A stretch of 59,314 bases of DNA from a virus (Duplodnaviria; Caudoviricetes), in IMG/VR virus record IMGVR_UViG_3300008267_000206, positions 1-59,314 of that record; one strand, given 5' to 3'. Numbering within the stretch: position 1 is the stretch's first letter; the number at the start of each line of letters is the position of its first letter. Position numbers and translations under genes: made by a program. Below are positions 1-9,410 of the stretch, one piece after another. The notes below the pieces were generated by a model, which was given only the letters and a program-made list of their open reading frames with translations, did not search any database and had not been told where the DNA came from.

Positions 1-30
1 TTTAATTTATATTTTATAAATATATTAAAA

Positions 31-66
31 AATAAAAAACCCCAAATTTTTTTACAAATTCGGGGT
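31..66 (-). terminator. Intrinsic terminator
   Basis: Minus strand reads accccgaattt-gtaaaa-aaatttggggt followed by tttttatttt. Confidence 0.6.
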
Positions 67-112
67 CAATAATAACCAATAAATAAGAAAGGGTTGTTTG
101 TTTTGGTATTAG

Positions 113-119
113 ATAAATA
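113..119 (-). promoter_or_regulatory. TATTTAT motif (putative late promoter); a second copy lies at 16-22
   Basis: Same heptamer found upstream of many operon heads in the window. Confidence 0.4.
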
Positions 120-174
120 TGAGTAAAATATTAAAAGTTCAAAAAACATTTATTTTTTTTTATTAAAATCAAAA

Positions 175-181
175 TATTTAT
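175..181 (+). promoter_or_regulatory. TATTTAT putative late promoter
   Basis: 6 nt upstream of ATG 188. Confidence 0.55.
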
Positions 182-187
182 TAAAAT

Positions 188-526
188 ATGTTAGTAACTA
201 TTAATGATGTTCAGTTTAAAGTTAAACTATTAAACACCCAAGAAGAGATTAGAAAAGGAATGATGGGTAAAGATTTTGACAAATCTTTTAATGGAATGTT
301 ATTTGATATGGGTGAGGGTGAGCATTGTTTTTGGATGAAAAATTGTATCATACCTCTTGACATCATCTTTATTAAAAATGATAAAATATCAAAAATTCAT
401 CACGATTGTCCTCCTTGTAAAACAGAAAATTGTAAAAGTTATTGCGGTAAAGGTGAATATGTTCTTGAAGTCAAAGGTGGATCCTGTAAAAAATTAGGTA
501 TTAAAGTTGGTGACTTAATTGAATAA
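188..526 (+). CDS. DUF192 family protein
   Basis: GMM..GMLF..FWMKN..IPLDIIF..YVLEV.GG..GIKVGD motif series typical of DUF192. Confidence 0.9.
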   Translation: MLVTINDVQFKVKLLNTQEEIRKGMMGKDFDKSFNGMLFDMGEGEHCFWMKNCIIPLDIIFIKNDKISKIHHDCPPCKTENCKSYCGKGEYVLEVKGGSCKKLGIKVGDLIE

Positions 527-527
527 A

Positions 528-1982
528 TCACCTAACATATTTTCTTAATTCTTGTCTTATAGATTCTCTCAAATTTTGACTACTTTCTTCTATTTTTTGT
601 TTTAAAAGATTGACAAATTCAGATTGAATCATTTTTGTAAACTTAACATATGGAGCGTCTTCAGCATTAGGATCGTATTTATATTTCCCTTCAGGTGGTC
701 TTTTTGACCTTCCGAGATAATTTAAACTTGAAATGTTTGTAATACATTTATGTCCTCCACTATTAGCTTGAATCAAATCCCAAGCATTTATCGTTATTCC
801 GTCTAATAGAGACATATCTTCATCACTTAAATTTTTAAATGGTTCATCCATAATTTCTTCAAGTCGTGATAACGATTCCTCATTATTTGAATTAAACTTG
901 TCTCCATATAACGCTTTAAAATCTTTAAATGTAAACCCAACCGATTCTTCACCGAATTCTTTTGAGCTTTCAGATATCCACTTAATAGTTGATAACGGAA
1001 TTTCTTTTTCTTTTAATTTACCTTCCCATTTACTTAAAACCTCTTGAGCAACTTCACCAAGATTAACTCCTTTAAGTTCTCTTTCTTTTTTAAATGGATT
1101 ACAAGACGCTTGTACTAAACCTAACGGCCAAGCAATAACTAAAAAGTCAGCTTCAGGATTGTTTTTAAATGGTGTATACCTATCGTAAGAACCGGGAGAG
1201 GTCATCTTACCCCCACCATACTGAACAATTATATTCCCATCAACTTTAACATTTGGGTGAGATTTCATCTGCTCAATATACGATTCTTTATTTTTTTGTA
1301 GTTGTGGAATTGTTGCGTAACCTTTTTCAGTCATTAAACGTTTTATGTTTATTAATATGTTTAATAATGATGGTTTTGAGGTCATTACAAGTTCTTCTAA
1401 GAAACCTGGTTTGTTTTTAAACGCTAATAACAATTTGTTTGTTACTAAACCTAACATTAATTTGTTTTTTGTTAATGAAGTGTCTTTATCTAACTTAAAT
1501 AGATAATTTATAACCTCATCAACACTAATATCTTTTGACGCATAGTTCGCCGAATCTACCGTTGATATTAAAGTCAAATCTTCATTTGGAAATATTTCTT
1601 TTGGGGATACAATTTGTGATATTGTTTCAACGTTAGATCTTGATGGTCTGAAACTTGTTGACGTTCCTTTTTCTACTCCGGCTTGTCTATCGTGATGATC
1701 CGTATGAATAACAAACATTGGTTTCCCGTGAGCAAAATCAACTAATACCGGCATAACATCACCTGAAGCATCAAGTTTTTTAACCGCAAATTCTTTATCT
1801 CCGTACTGAATAATTTCCGCATCAATCACCTTAATTCCATTATCTTCAAGATAATTTTTCAAACCTAAAGCAGTTGTAACTCCGTCTAAATCTTGGTGAA
1901 AATAAATCTTAGCCTTTTTATATCTTTCAGCCAGTTTATTTATATTTCTAATACCTGATTCTTTTAAAATTCTTTTTTTCAT
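528..1982 (-). CDS. DHH-superfamily phosphoesterase
   Basis: HQDLDG, VLVDF, TDHHD, VDSA and a C-terminal SGGHK (DHHA1-like) in canonical order. Confidence 0.75.
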   Translation of the reverse strand: MKKRILKESGIRNINKLAERYKKAKIYFHQDLDGVTTALGLKNYLEDNGIKVIDAEIIQYGDKEFAVKKLDASGDVMPVLVDFAHGKPMFVIHTDHHDRQAGVEKGTSTSFRPSRSNVETISQIVSPKEIFPNEDLTLISTVDSANYASKDISVDEVINYLFKLDKDTSLTKNKLMLGLVTNKLLLAFKNKPGFLEELVMTSKPSLLNILINIKRLMTEKGYATIPQLQKNKESYIEQMKSHPNVKVDGNIIVQYGGGKMTSPGSYDRYTPFKNNPEADFLVIAWPLGLVQASCNPFKKERELKGVNLGEVAQEVLSKWEGKLKEKEIPLSTIKWISESSKEFGEESVGFTFKDFKALYGDKFNSNNEESLSRLEEIMDEPFKNLSDEDMSLLDGITINAWDLIQANSGGHKCITNISSLNYLGRSKRPPEGKYKYDPNAEDAPYVKFTKMIQSEFVNLLKQKIEESSQNLRESIRQELRKYVR

Positions 1983-1983
1983 A

Positions 1984-3036
1984 TTAAATTAATTTACCAA
2001 TAGTTTTTGCACCACCAATTATATTTATCAAATCTCCAATAACGTCTCCTGTTGATTTTTTTTCCGGTTCAGTTGTTTGTGCGGTTTGAGTTTGATCTGT
2101 AGGTTTAATTTCAGTTTCTTCAGGAAACTCTTTAGCCTCTTGTTCCCAATTACTTTTACCTTGAGGACTTTCAACGTATTCTGACATTCTATTATTAAAT
2201 TCTTCTTCCCCCATTTGAGATTCTAACTCTTCAGGTCCAACAAAGTTGGCCACTCCTACTAAATCTAAAAACCCTAACCAAAACTTTGTCTTAACTAAAA
2301 GTCTTGACAATTGTCTATTTTTAAATAAACCTCCCTTTTTCCATAATCTCATTAAACCACTATAACTATCAAGACCATAAGTTCTAAACATTTTAAATTC
2401 TGATTGTGTTATCTTACCTACCGTTGATGTTAGTTTAGTTCCTGACTTAATCATTTTATACTCTTTGGAGGCTTTGGTTATCATATTTATCCAATCTTTA
2501 ACAACTTTTGTAAATTTTTTACCTCCAGGGGCTTTTTCAAGTATTGTTAATAATGTACCACCTATAGACCCAATCTTTTCAAGTAATTTTCCTATTATCG
2601 GGAATTGTTTACCTAATTTAGCCCAAGCCGAAGAACCTTTAGCCAATTTAATTAATTTGGACGCTCTTCCTCCCGCCTTTAAAATACCAATAATTGGTTT
2701 TCCAACAACATCACCAACATAAGGAACTGCCGATATTAATGACATAAATCCAAATAAATTATCACCCTGTCTAAAATAATCAAGAGCGTTAATAATATCA
2801 ACAATACCTGTTGGGTCAAAAATACCCACAATATCTCCAAGAGTATTCCACCATCTAGATTCTTTTAATATTTTAGAATTTTTTGGTGAAAATTCTTTTA
2901 CGAATTCAAATATAAATTTTTTCTCGTATGGTAATAAATTATCCCATCTTTCTTCCAATAATTTATTTTGTTCTTCTTTATAGATTTCAACCAATCTAAA
3001 TTTTAGTTGTGTCTCAGTTAATATTGTTTGTTTCAT
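1984..3036 (-). CDS. Hypothetical protein with pre-toxin-TG-like hydrophobic hairpin
   Basis: LGDIVGIFDPTGIVDIINAL..GD..GFMSLISAVPYVGD followed by Gly/Lys-rich amphipathic helices. Confidence 0.5.
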   Translation of the reverse strand: MKQTILTETQLKFRLVEIYKEEQNKLLEERWDNLLPYEKKFIFEFVKEFSPKNSKILKESRWWNTLGDIVGIFDPTGIVDIINALDYFRQGDNLFGFMSLISAVPYVGDVVGKPIIGILKAGGRASKLIKLAKGSSAWAKLGKQFPIIGKLLEKIGSIGGTLLTILEKAPGGKKFTKVVKDWINMITKASKEYKMIKSGTKLTSTVGKITQSEFKMFRTYGLDSYSGLMRLWKKGGLFKNRQLSRLLVKTKFWLGFLDLVGVANFVGPEELESQMGEEEFNNRMSEYVESPQGKSNWEQEAKEFPEETEIKPTDQTQTAQTTEPEKKSTGDVIGDLINIIGGAKTIGKLI

Positions 3037-3042
3037 AATATA

Positions 3043-3049
3043 ATAAATA
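3043..3049 (-). promoter_or_regulatory. TATTTAT putative late promoter
   Basis: 6 nt upstream of ATG 3036. Confidence 0.6.
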
Positions 3050-3052
3050 TAG

Positions 3053-3433
3053 TTATCTATCTCTTCTTATAGGTTTATTTACACTTATTTCTGTGAATTT
3101 GTTTATATTATTTAATTGTTCTATCTTCTCAACTCTTTTTTCCAATAATTCCACCCTGAATTTGGTTTCAGATGGAGGATTTTCCATAAAAATTTTTGTC
3201 GCTTGATTAACTCCTGAAATTTGACCATTTAATGTCGCAACTTGAACTTCTAAATTACCATTTTTTGTTTCAAGAACTTCTATTCTTGCTTTTTGTTTAT
3301 TCTTGTCTTGAACCCAAAATACAATTGTTATCACCCATCCTATTACAACTACTAACGTTGAGATAATCCACTTAATATCTTTAACCGAAAAAGAAAATTT
3401 TTTATCCATTATGTTATTTTCTAAATCACTCAT
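3053..3433 (-). CDS. Single-TM coiled-coil membrane protein
   Basis: WIISTLVVVIGWVITIVFW then heptad-rich segment; ATGA overlap with upstream gene. Confidence 0.65.
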   Translation of the reverse strand: MSDLENNIMDKKFSFSVKDIKWIISTLVVVIGWVITIVFWVQDKNKQKARIEVLETKNGNLEVQVATLNGQISGVNQATKIFMENPPSETKFRVELLEKRVEKIEQLNNINKFTEISVNKPIRRDR

Positions 3434-3873
3434 AAAGCTGACATATTATTCCATTTAATAACTAACAGAGGATTAAATGAACGAGATTTTATTGTTAAGT
3501 TTTTGGCGCAAAATTGTCCAAAAAAAGTTACACCTAAAGGTGTATAATCATAATTAATTAATTTTAAACCATACCCCTCATTAATGAATATTGATATATT
3601 TCTAACATTGGTTGATGTGTATTTTGCATTCGCTCCGTCCCAATAATAACTCTGACTATAAAACCAAAAATCATAATAGTAATAACCGCTTTTATCATAC
3701 ACATTTCTTGTAACACAATAATCAAAATCATTATAAACATTATAACCTATTCCATATGTCCAATAACCTGAATTAGATGGTTGCCAATTAATATAAACAT
3801 CCTTTTTATCCCCAATAAAAGAAAATGAGAAAAGGATTGAAATAATAATTAATATTTTTTTAAATAATTTCAT
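3430..3873 (-). CDS. Exported aromatic-rich hypothetical protein
   Basis: Signal-peptide-like N-terminus, Tyr/Trp-rich body. Confidence 0.6.
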   Translation of the reverse strand: MKLFKKILIIISILFSFSFIGDKKDVYINWQPSNSGYWTYGIGYNVYNDFDYCVTRNVYDKSGYYYYDFWFYSQSYYWDGANAKYTSTNVRNISIFINEGYGLKLINYDYTPLGVTFFGQFCAKNLTIKSRSFNPLLVIKWNNMSAL

Positions 3874-3878
3874 TAGTT

Positions 3879-3885
3879 ATAAATA
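3879..3885 (-). promoter_or_regulatory. TATTTAT putative late promoter
   Basis: 5 nt upstream of ATG 3873. Confidence 0.6.
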
Positions 3886-3890
3886 TCCGA

Positions 3891-3920
3891 AAAACAAAAA
3901 AGGGACTTAATTAGTCCCTT
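3891..3920 (-). terminator. Intrinsic terminator
   Basis: aagggact-taatt-agtccctt stem with T-run on the minus strand, overlapping the MTase stop. Confidence 0.75.
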
Positions 3921-4770
3921 CTTCAAATTCAATTTTACTTTGTCGTTTTTCTTTTATAAAATGACTTATTCTCTCGTTAGCAATTTCCATATAATTTGGA
4001 GACAATTCGATTCCTATCCATCTCCTGTCAAGTATTTCTGCAGCAACTGCCGATGTCCCACTTCCCATAAAAGGATCTAATACAATATCATTTTTGTAAG
4101 TTAATATCTTAATTGCTTTTGTGGGGATGTCCATACTAAAAGTTGCCTTGGTTAATGGTCTTGAATCGTTTAGATATTTCCATTGTCCAAAAACAAGACT
4201 CATAAATTCTTTTTTATCTTCCTCAGTATAAACTTTCTTATCTTTTGTGACACCAAACAAATCAGTTTCTTTAACTATTTCAGGTGTCCATTGCGGTTCA
4301 CCTTTAATTTTTTTAATGTGATTCTTTTTATAAGCCAGAATTACACATTCTTTCGGGTTATAGATGTACGGGGCGGATGGACTCATCCAAGAACCCCAAG
4401 CGGTCGTTTTACTTCTGTGTGGTGAGTCTTCTTCCAAATCAACGATACCAAAAAATTTAAATCCGATATCTTTCATTATTTGCCAAACCTCAGATACAAA
4501 AAATATTCTTCCACCCTTTTCTTGTCTATTAATTTCGTAAGGTATATTAATCGCGACTCTACCATCATCTTTTAAAACTCTGTAAGCCTCTCTTATCCAA
4601 TCCTTACTAAACTCTTTATAAGTTTCAAAATCCATATCATCATCGTGAACATCATAATTGATTCCTACGCCATAAGGTGGTGATGTTAATACAAGATCCA
4701 CGCTTGATTCGGGTAATGTTTTCATAACCTGAATACAATCACCATTAATAATTTTTCCTGTTTCTATCAT
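3907..4770 (-). CDS. N4-C/N6-A DNA methyltransferase (beta class)
   Basis: TSPPY catalytic motif precedes DPFMGSGT SAM-binding motif. Confidence 0.93.
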   Translation of the reverse strand: MIETGKIINGDCIQVMKTLPESSVDLVLTSPPYGVGINYDVHDDDMDFETYKEFSKDWIREAYRVLKDDGRVAINIPYEINRQEKGGRIFFVSEVWQIMKDIGFKFFGIVDLEEDSPHRSKTTAWGSWMSPSAPYIYNPKECVILAYKKNHIKKIKGEPQWTPEIVKETDLFGVTKDKKVYTEEDKKEFMSLVFGQWKYLNDSRPLTKATFSMDIPTKAIKILTYKNDIVLDPFMGSGTSAVAAEILDRRWIGIELSPNYMEIANERISHFIKEKRQSKIEFEEGTN

Positions 4771-4779
4771 ATTTTAAAT

Positions 4780-5568
4780 TTAATAATTTTTCCAAAGAGT
4801 TTCAACCTTTGTTTTTTTGTTGAAGTTTCCATCCATTGTTTTAACTTCAAACTGAATTTTCTCAAATCCGTTTTTAGTTAATTTATCATATAACTCACAC
4901 TCATACCCACTAATCAGTATTCTTGAATTTGAATTTATAACAGATTCTATAAATTGTTCCTGTTCTTCGTTATTCATATCGACTTTATATCTAACATTAG
5001 TTCTGGTAGACCAATGGTATGGTGGATCGCAATATATTAAAGTGTTAGGGTTGTTATGTTTATTAATTAATTCAACACCATCTACGTTTGAAATTATAAC
5101 CTTAGATAATCTATCGTGTAATTCCGGTAATCTATCAATTGATGATAGAAAATCAGATACCGCTTTACTCATACTTCTTCTTACGTGAGTATTCATTGAG
5201 AACCCTCCAACTCCATTATGGGAAGTTCTGTTAACATAGAAGAAGTAAAACGCTCTTTCAACCAATGAAAGTTCTTTATTTAATTCCAACTTGTATTCTT
5301 TTCGTATATCATCAGAATAAAATACCAAATCACATTTCTCTTTAAATTCTTTGAATAGTTCTTTATCTGATATTACCTTATATAAAGAATAAACGTTTTT
5401 CTCCAAATCGTTGTATATTTCAACCTCAACTATAGGTTTCTTTAATCCTACAATGTAAGTTCCTCCAAATGGTTCAATATACGTTTTAAATGGTTCTTTG
5501 GGGAAGTGTTCTATTATTTTATTATAGAACCCTCCCTTACTTCCAAAGTATCTTATAGGTGCGTTCAT
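4780..5568 (-). CDS. dam: Dam-like D12-class N6-adenine DNA methyltransferase
   Basis: YFGSK, YIEPFGG, YND, YCDPPY. Confidence 0.92.
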   Translation of the reverse strand: MNAPIRYFGSKGGFYNKIIEHFPKEPFKTYIEPFGGTYIVGLKKPIVEVEIYNDLEKNVYSLYKVISDKELFKEFKEKCDLVFYSDDIRKEYKLELNKELSLVERAFYFFYVNRTSHNGVGGFSMNTHVRRSMSKAVSDFLSSIDRLPELHDRLSKVIISNVDGVELINKHNNPNTLIYCDPPYHWSTRTNVRYKVDMNNEEQEQFIESVINSNSRILISGYECELYDKLTKNGFEKIQFEVKTMDGNFNKKTKVETLWKNY

Positions 5569-5789
5569 TTACCCTCCAAAGTTTCAATGTGATGTTGGAT
5601 ATACCAGATAGCTTTTTTTAAATCCTCAATTTCCTTATCTGGGTTCTTTTTTCCAGCTCTTGAGATATACTTTACAGCGTTACCTAAACTAAAACCTAAT
5701 CCCCAAACATCAATTACCTTAATTGCTTCGTAAACATTACCTTCACCAAATTGATAATGATCCGGATGATTAACCTGTTCTTTACTCAT
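5565..5789 (-). CDS. DUF3310 family protein
   Basis: VNHPDHY..EAI..F.LGNAVKYISRAGKK..EDLKKAIWY. Confidence 0.9.
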   Translation of the reverse strand: MSKEQVNHPDHYQFGEGNVYEAIKVIDVWGLGFSLGNAVKYISRAGKKNPDKEIEDLKKAIWYIQHHIETLEGK

Positions 5790-5977
5790 ATTTCTTGTTT
5801 TAAAATTTTTTCTATTTCTTTATCCGATACCCCATTTCTATGTAGGTCAAAGACTTTTGAAGATACTTCATCCATAAAGATGAATGCGTCAGATGAAAAT
5901 AATTTTTTAAGTTGTTTTTTTTCTTCTAAGTATTCTTTGATTGTGTTCTCACTTACGAACCTACTATTGAATCCCAT
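5786..5977 (-). CDS. Hypothetical protein
   Basis: Coupled to both neighbours in the operon. Confidence 0.65.
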   Translation of the reverse strand: MGFNSRFVSENTIKEYLEEKKQLKKLFSSDAFIFMDEVSSKVFDLHRNGVSDKEIEKILKQEI

Positions 5978-6734
5978 AATTTTTAATATTAGTTGTTTTA
6001 AATTTTTTTGACCTTTGATTAATTTGAGACATTAATTTTCTTTTAAAGAGAGGTATTAGTGTTTCTTCAAATGGAAACATATCATTACATACCATTTCAA
6101 AAACAGGATATTTAATAACCTTCTCCTTATTGTCAAATCTACTTAAAACTTCCGATATTGTCAATTTTTCTTTACTTTCCCTATATAATAATTTTATGGT
6201 TGATTTCGTAACGTATTCAGAGTTTTTAACTTTTCTAATTGTGTATTCCCAAAAATAAACTTCTTCACCTTTAACATAAAAAAAGAACCCTTTTTTTGAG
6301 TTAATATTATCTTTATTTTTTCTAGTGACAATATCTATTGAATCATAAACAACCGACCAAAACGCCTTAACTATATTAAAATAATCAAGTAGTTTTGGTT
6401 GTGCCATTTTTAATATTTTTTGAAACTCGATCCTTTGTTCATCGGTCATTTCAGGAATATCTTTATATTTCAAATCCGTAATTAATATTTCTTCATCAGG
6501 TGATACTAACTTTTTATCGGTATATAAAATTTTGTGGTGTGATAATAATGATTGTACATTTCCCAAATGTAAGGATAATTCTGTAAACATTGGGTATAAC
6601 TTCATCTCTTCAAGAGAGTTATTTAACTTTTGAAAATAATTTAACAAAATATATTCTTTATGTTCAGAATCGATGGTACCTTTAAACATCCAGTCGGTAT
6701 CCATCATAAATTTTATTTTTGGTAATTTTTCCAT
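5964..6734 (-). CDS. Hypothetical protein
   Basis: 256-aa ORF in operon orientation; no motif recognised with confidence. Confidence 0.75.
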   Translation of the reverse strand: MEKLPKIKFMMDTDWMFKGTIDSEHKEYILLNYFQKLNNSLEEMKLYPMFTELSLHLGNVQSLLSHHKILYTDKKLVSPDEEILITDLKYKDIPEMTDEQRIEFQKILKMAQPKLLDYFNIVKAFWSVVYDSIDIVTRKNKDNINSKKGFFFYVKGEEVYFWEYTIRKVKNSEYVTKSTIKLLYRESKEKLTISEVLSRFDNKEKVIKYPVFEMVCNDMFPFEETLIPLFKRKLMSQINQRSKKFKTTNIKNYGIQ

Positions 6735-6769
6735 ATTCGAAGTATAAAGAACAATAAAAGTTTTTTAAA

Positions 6770-8212
6770 TTATTTGTTAACCATCATAACATAAAATTTT
6801 TCATTCCCATAATAATATGGTCCTGAGTAATCACTATCATAACCATTCATAATACCCCATCCATCTGAATCCACCAATCCTTGAGCTAAATCATCTTCAT
6901 TAATATAATACTTAATTTCATAACCATGATCTCTGAGCCAATCCGCCGGATCATAAAGAACATCATCCCTAATTATTCTATTAAGTTTTTCTTCAATCAT
7001 ATCTTCAGTAGGTTCTTTATCAATTTCTATTGAGTCTAATTCCTCTTGAGCCTTATCAATGTTATCACCAATTTCATCAATTCGTTCATCTAAGTCATTA
7101 TATTCGTCGCTATTATGTTCAAATTCATCACGCTCATCTTCAAGTTCACTTTCTAAAGTTTTCATATCTTCGATATATTTCTCCAATTGTTGAATTCTCT
7201 TTTCTTGTTCATCAGTTAATTGGAAGTCATCGTCATCAAAATAAGATTCAGGATTATCTCTAATATCGTCTTCATAAAATTCTCTAGCCACCTGTTCTAC
7301 TTGGTCGTTATCAATATAATCATCAATAAATCCCTTGTTAAAACCATCAAGTCCGATATCATCAATATAATTTTTAGCATAATCAAGTGCCGCTTCTTCC
7401 ATTTCATCCTCAGTACCTACGGTAAATTCATAATCTTTAAATTCATATCTTGGTATCATAAAAACTGATAAATTACCATAATACCCACGATCTTGAAGAT
7501 ATAAATCATATAATCCTATTTTGTTATCAGTAATTTCTTCTAACTCGTCTTTGAAATTCTCTAATTCTTCTTCGAGTTCATCTATTTCTTCTTGTACCGA
7601 TTCATCTCCAGTTTCATTATATCTTTTTGTTAACTCTTCGATTTTGGTGGTTAGTAATTGGATATCGTTATTAATACTATTAACTCTATCTTTATCTTCA
7701 TCTGAAAGGACTTCAATATCTGTTTTTAAATAATTTTTACTTATAAATTCCATAAGAGCATTTGCCATCAATCCTTCTTTATCAATATTAGGATTGTTAA
7801 CATCTCTTTCATTATTGAGTTCTTTTTCTTTTAATTCTTCAAGCTCAGACGCCATCTCAGTTTCAATTCTTTTCCTTTCTCGAGGAGTTCCATGATCCCA
7901 TATATGACCATTAACGATTGTATTACCTAAACTAAGTATATTGGTTCTTGATATATCTAAAGTACCATCAATATAAGCAACATTACCTAAACTTTCTGTC
8001 GGAGTGTTTGAGATGGTTAATTTACCTGTAATATATAGTGGTTTTTTTTGGAATGTTTTTATTTTACTTAGACCAGGACCATTGTAACTTGCCAATCTCA
8101 TTAATTCCAAATATTCTTCAGGAGATATCCTATAATATTCGTCATCTACTTGTTCGTTTAATGTTTTAAGGATGTTTAAAACTTTTTTTTCTGAAAAAAT
8201 ATTTGTCTTCAT
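6770..8212 (-). CDS. Acidic coiled-coil protein with short LRR-like repeats; putative head cargo
   Basis: Two repeats (ITGKLTISNTPTESLGN / IDGTLDISRTNILSLGN), D/E-rich coiled coils, leader ending TLNE. Confidence 0.6.
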   Translation of the reverse strand: MKTNIFSEKKVLNILKTLNEQVDDEYYRISPEEYLELMRLASYNGPGLSKIKTFQKKPLYITGKLTISNTPTESLGNVAYIDGTLDISRTNILSLGNTIVNGHIWDHGTPRERKRIETEMASELEELKEKELNNERDVNNPNIDKEGLMANALMEFISKNYLKTDIEVLSDEDKDRVNSINNDIQLLTTKIEELTKRYNETGDESVQEEIDELEEELENFKDELEEITDNKIGLYDLYLQDRGYYGNLSVFMIPRYEFKDYEFTVGTEDEMEEAALDYAKNYIDDIGLDGFNKGFIDDYIDNDQVEQVAREFYEDDIRDNPESYFDDDDFQLTDEQEKRIQQLEKYIEDMKTLESELEDERDEFEHNSDEYNDLDERIDEIGDNIDKAQEELDSIEIDKEPTEDMIEEKLNRIIRDDVLYDPADWLRDHGYEIKYYINEDDLAQGLVDSDGWGIMNGYDSDYSGPYYYGNEKFYVMMVNK

Positions 8213-8217
8213 AAATT

Positions 8218-8224
8218 ATAAATA
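8218..8224 (-). promoter_or_regulatory. TATTTAT putative late promoter
   Basis: 5 nt upstream of ATG 8212. Confidence 0.6.
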
Positions 8225-8304
8225 TTTTAAGATACAAATATAATCATTTTTTTGGATTTAAAAAAATAAAATATTAATTATTATTTCATTTGGAATATTC
8301 AATA

Positions 8305-8311
8305 TATTTAT
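8305..8311 (+). promoter_or_regulatory. TATTTAT putative late promoter
   Basis: Precedes the A-rich leader of ORF 8350. Confidence 0.5.
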
Positions 8312-8349
8312 AATAATAAACCTAAATAAACTTTAAAAAACAAATTACT

Positions 8350-8496
8350 ATGGGATGCGGATGTAAGAATAAGAACAATGGCAACCAGGTTCCACAACCT
8401 CAAACTGCTCAACCTGTTCAAAACAACACTCAAAACTCTCCAACAATTCAAGAATCTATTAAAAAGGTTGTTGAAAAATATTACAAGAAAAGATAA
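8350..8496 (+). CDS. 48-aa protein MGCGCK..., not in ORF track
   Basis: Hand-translated MGCGCKNKNNGNQVPQPQTAQPVQNNTQNSPTIQESIKKVVEKYYKKR*; own promoter motif and terminator. Confidence 0.8.
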   Translation: MGCGCKNKNNGNQVPQPQTAQPVQNNTQNSPTIQESIKKVVEKYYKKR

Positions 8497-8528
8497 TTCT
8501 TTGATACGTTTGTTTTGAGAAAAAATTT

Positions 8529-8553
8529 AAGGGAGTTTTTAACTCCCTTTTTT
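8529..8553 (+). terminator. Intrinsic terminator
   Basis: aagggagtt-ttt-aactccctt followed by T-run. Confidence 0.85.
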
Positions 8554-8588
8554 ATTTATATTTTAAATTAAAATCTTTATAGTTTGTT

Positions 8589-9401
8589 ATGAGATATATT
8601 AATCCAAAAAGTATAAGAGGTTTGGTAAACAAGTTTGCCGACTTTATTGTTAGTGAGTTATCAAAAGACAACAATTTTGTAAGTATAATAAACGTAACCT
8701 ATTTAGATTCTTTTTTTGTTATTAATGGAATAACTGAATCTGATAAAGTGTTAAATATAGGACCTATCAAAGATAAATTCTTTGAGTTAAATAAAAAGTC
8801 ATTGGAGGGTTTAGGAATTAAACAAACGAACACTATTGATGTTATCAAATACAATAAGAAACCTGAAATACCAACTACACACTTTTTTGAATTTTATAAT
8901 TCAAATAAAGTTTTATTTAAAAATGAAACTATTAATTTAATAAAACATATTAACTCGGAATATGAATCTATAAATCATTTTAATGAATTTGTTATTGAGT
9001 CAAACAAACCGAAAACTAATTACTTCACAATTATACCTGAGATGGTTTTCACCTCTGAATTTCCATATGGTTATAGTGTGAATTCAAACAGACCCTATCT
9101 ATACTATTGTGAATATATTTGTAATCATTTATTTAAAACTATTAATATGGAATATGTTAATTTCAAATTCTCAACTTTAAAAGATGAAAAAACAAATGAC
9201 CAGTTAATATCAATTAAAACTGATTCTATATATGGTGATGATTATATTAAATCTTTAATACTTGATGTATTTGATTTTAATATTGATAAATTTGTATTAG
9301 ATAATTTATCGGGTTACGATGTTAAAAATGAAATTGATTCTCAATTAGAGAAAAAACCTTGGAATAAGGTTGATAGAATGAACGATATGGTAATATTTTA
9401 A
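8589..9401 (+). CDS. Hypothetical protein, possibly degenerate MetK-like
   Basis: NKFADFI at the start and ILDVFDF..PWNKVDR at the end resemble MetK termini; catalytic motifs absent. Confidence 0.45.
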   Translation: MRYINPKSIRGLVNKFADFIVSELSKDNNFVSIINVTYLDSFFVINGITESDKVLNIGPIKDKFFELNKKSLEGLGIKQTNTIDVIKYNKKPEIPTTHFFEFYNSNKVLFKNETINLIKHINSEYESINHFNEFVIESNKPKTNYFTIIPEMVFTSEFPYGYSVNSNRPYLYYCEYICNHLFKTINMEYVNFKFSTLKDEKTNDQLISIKTDSIYGDDYIKSLILDVFDFNIDKFVLDNLSGYDVKNEIDSQLEKKPWNKVDRMNDMVIF

Positions 9402-9410
9402 TTTGGGCAA

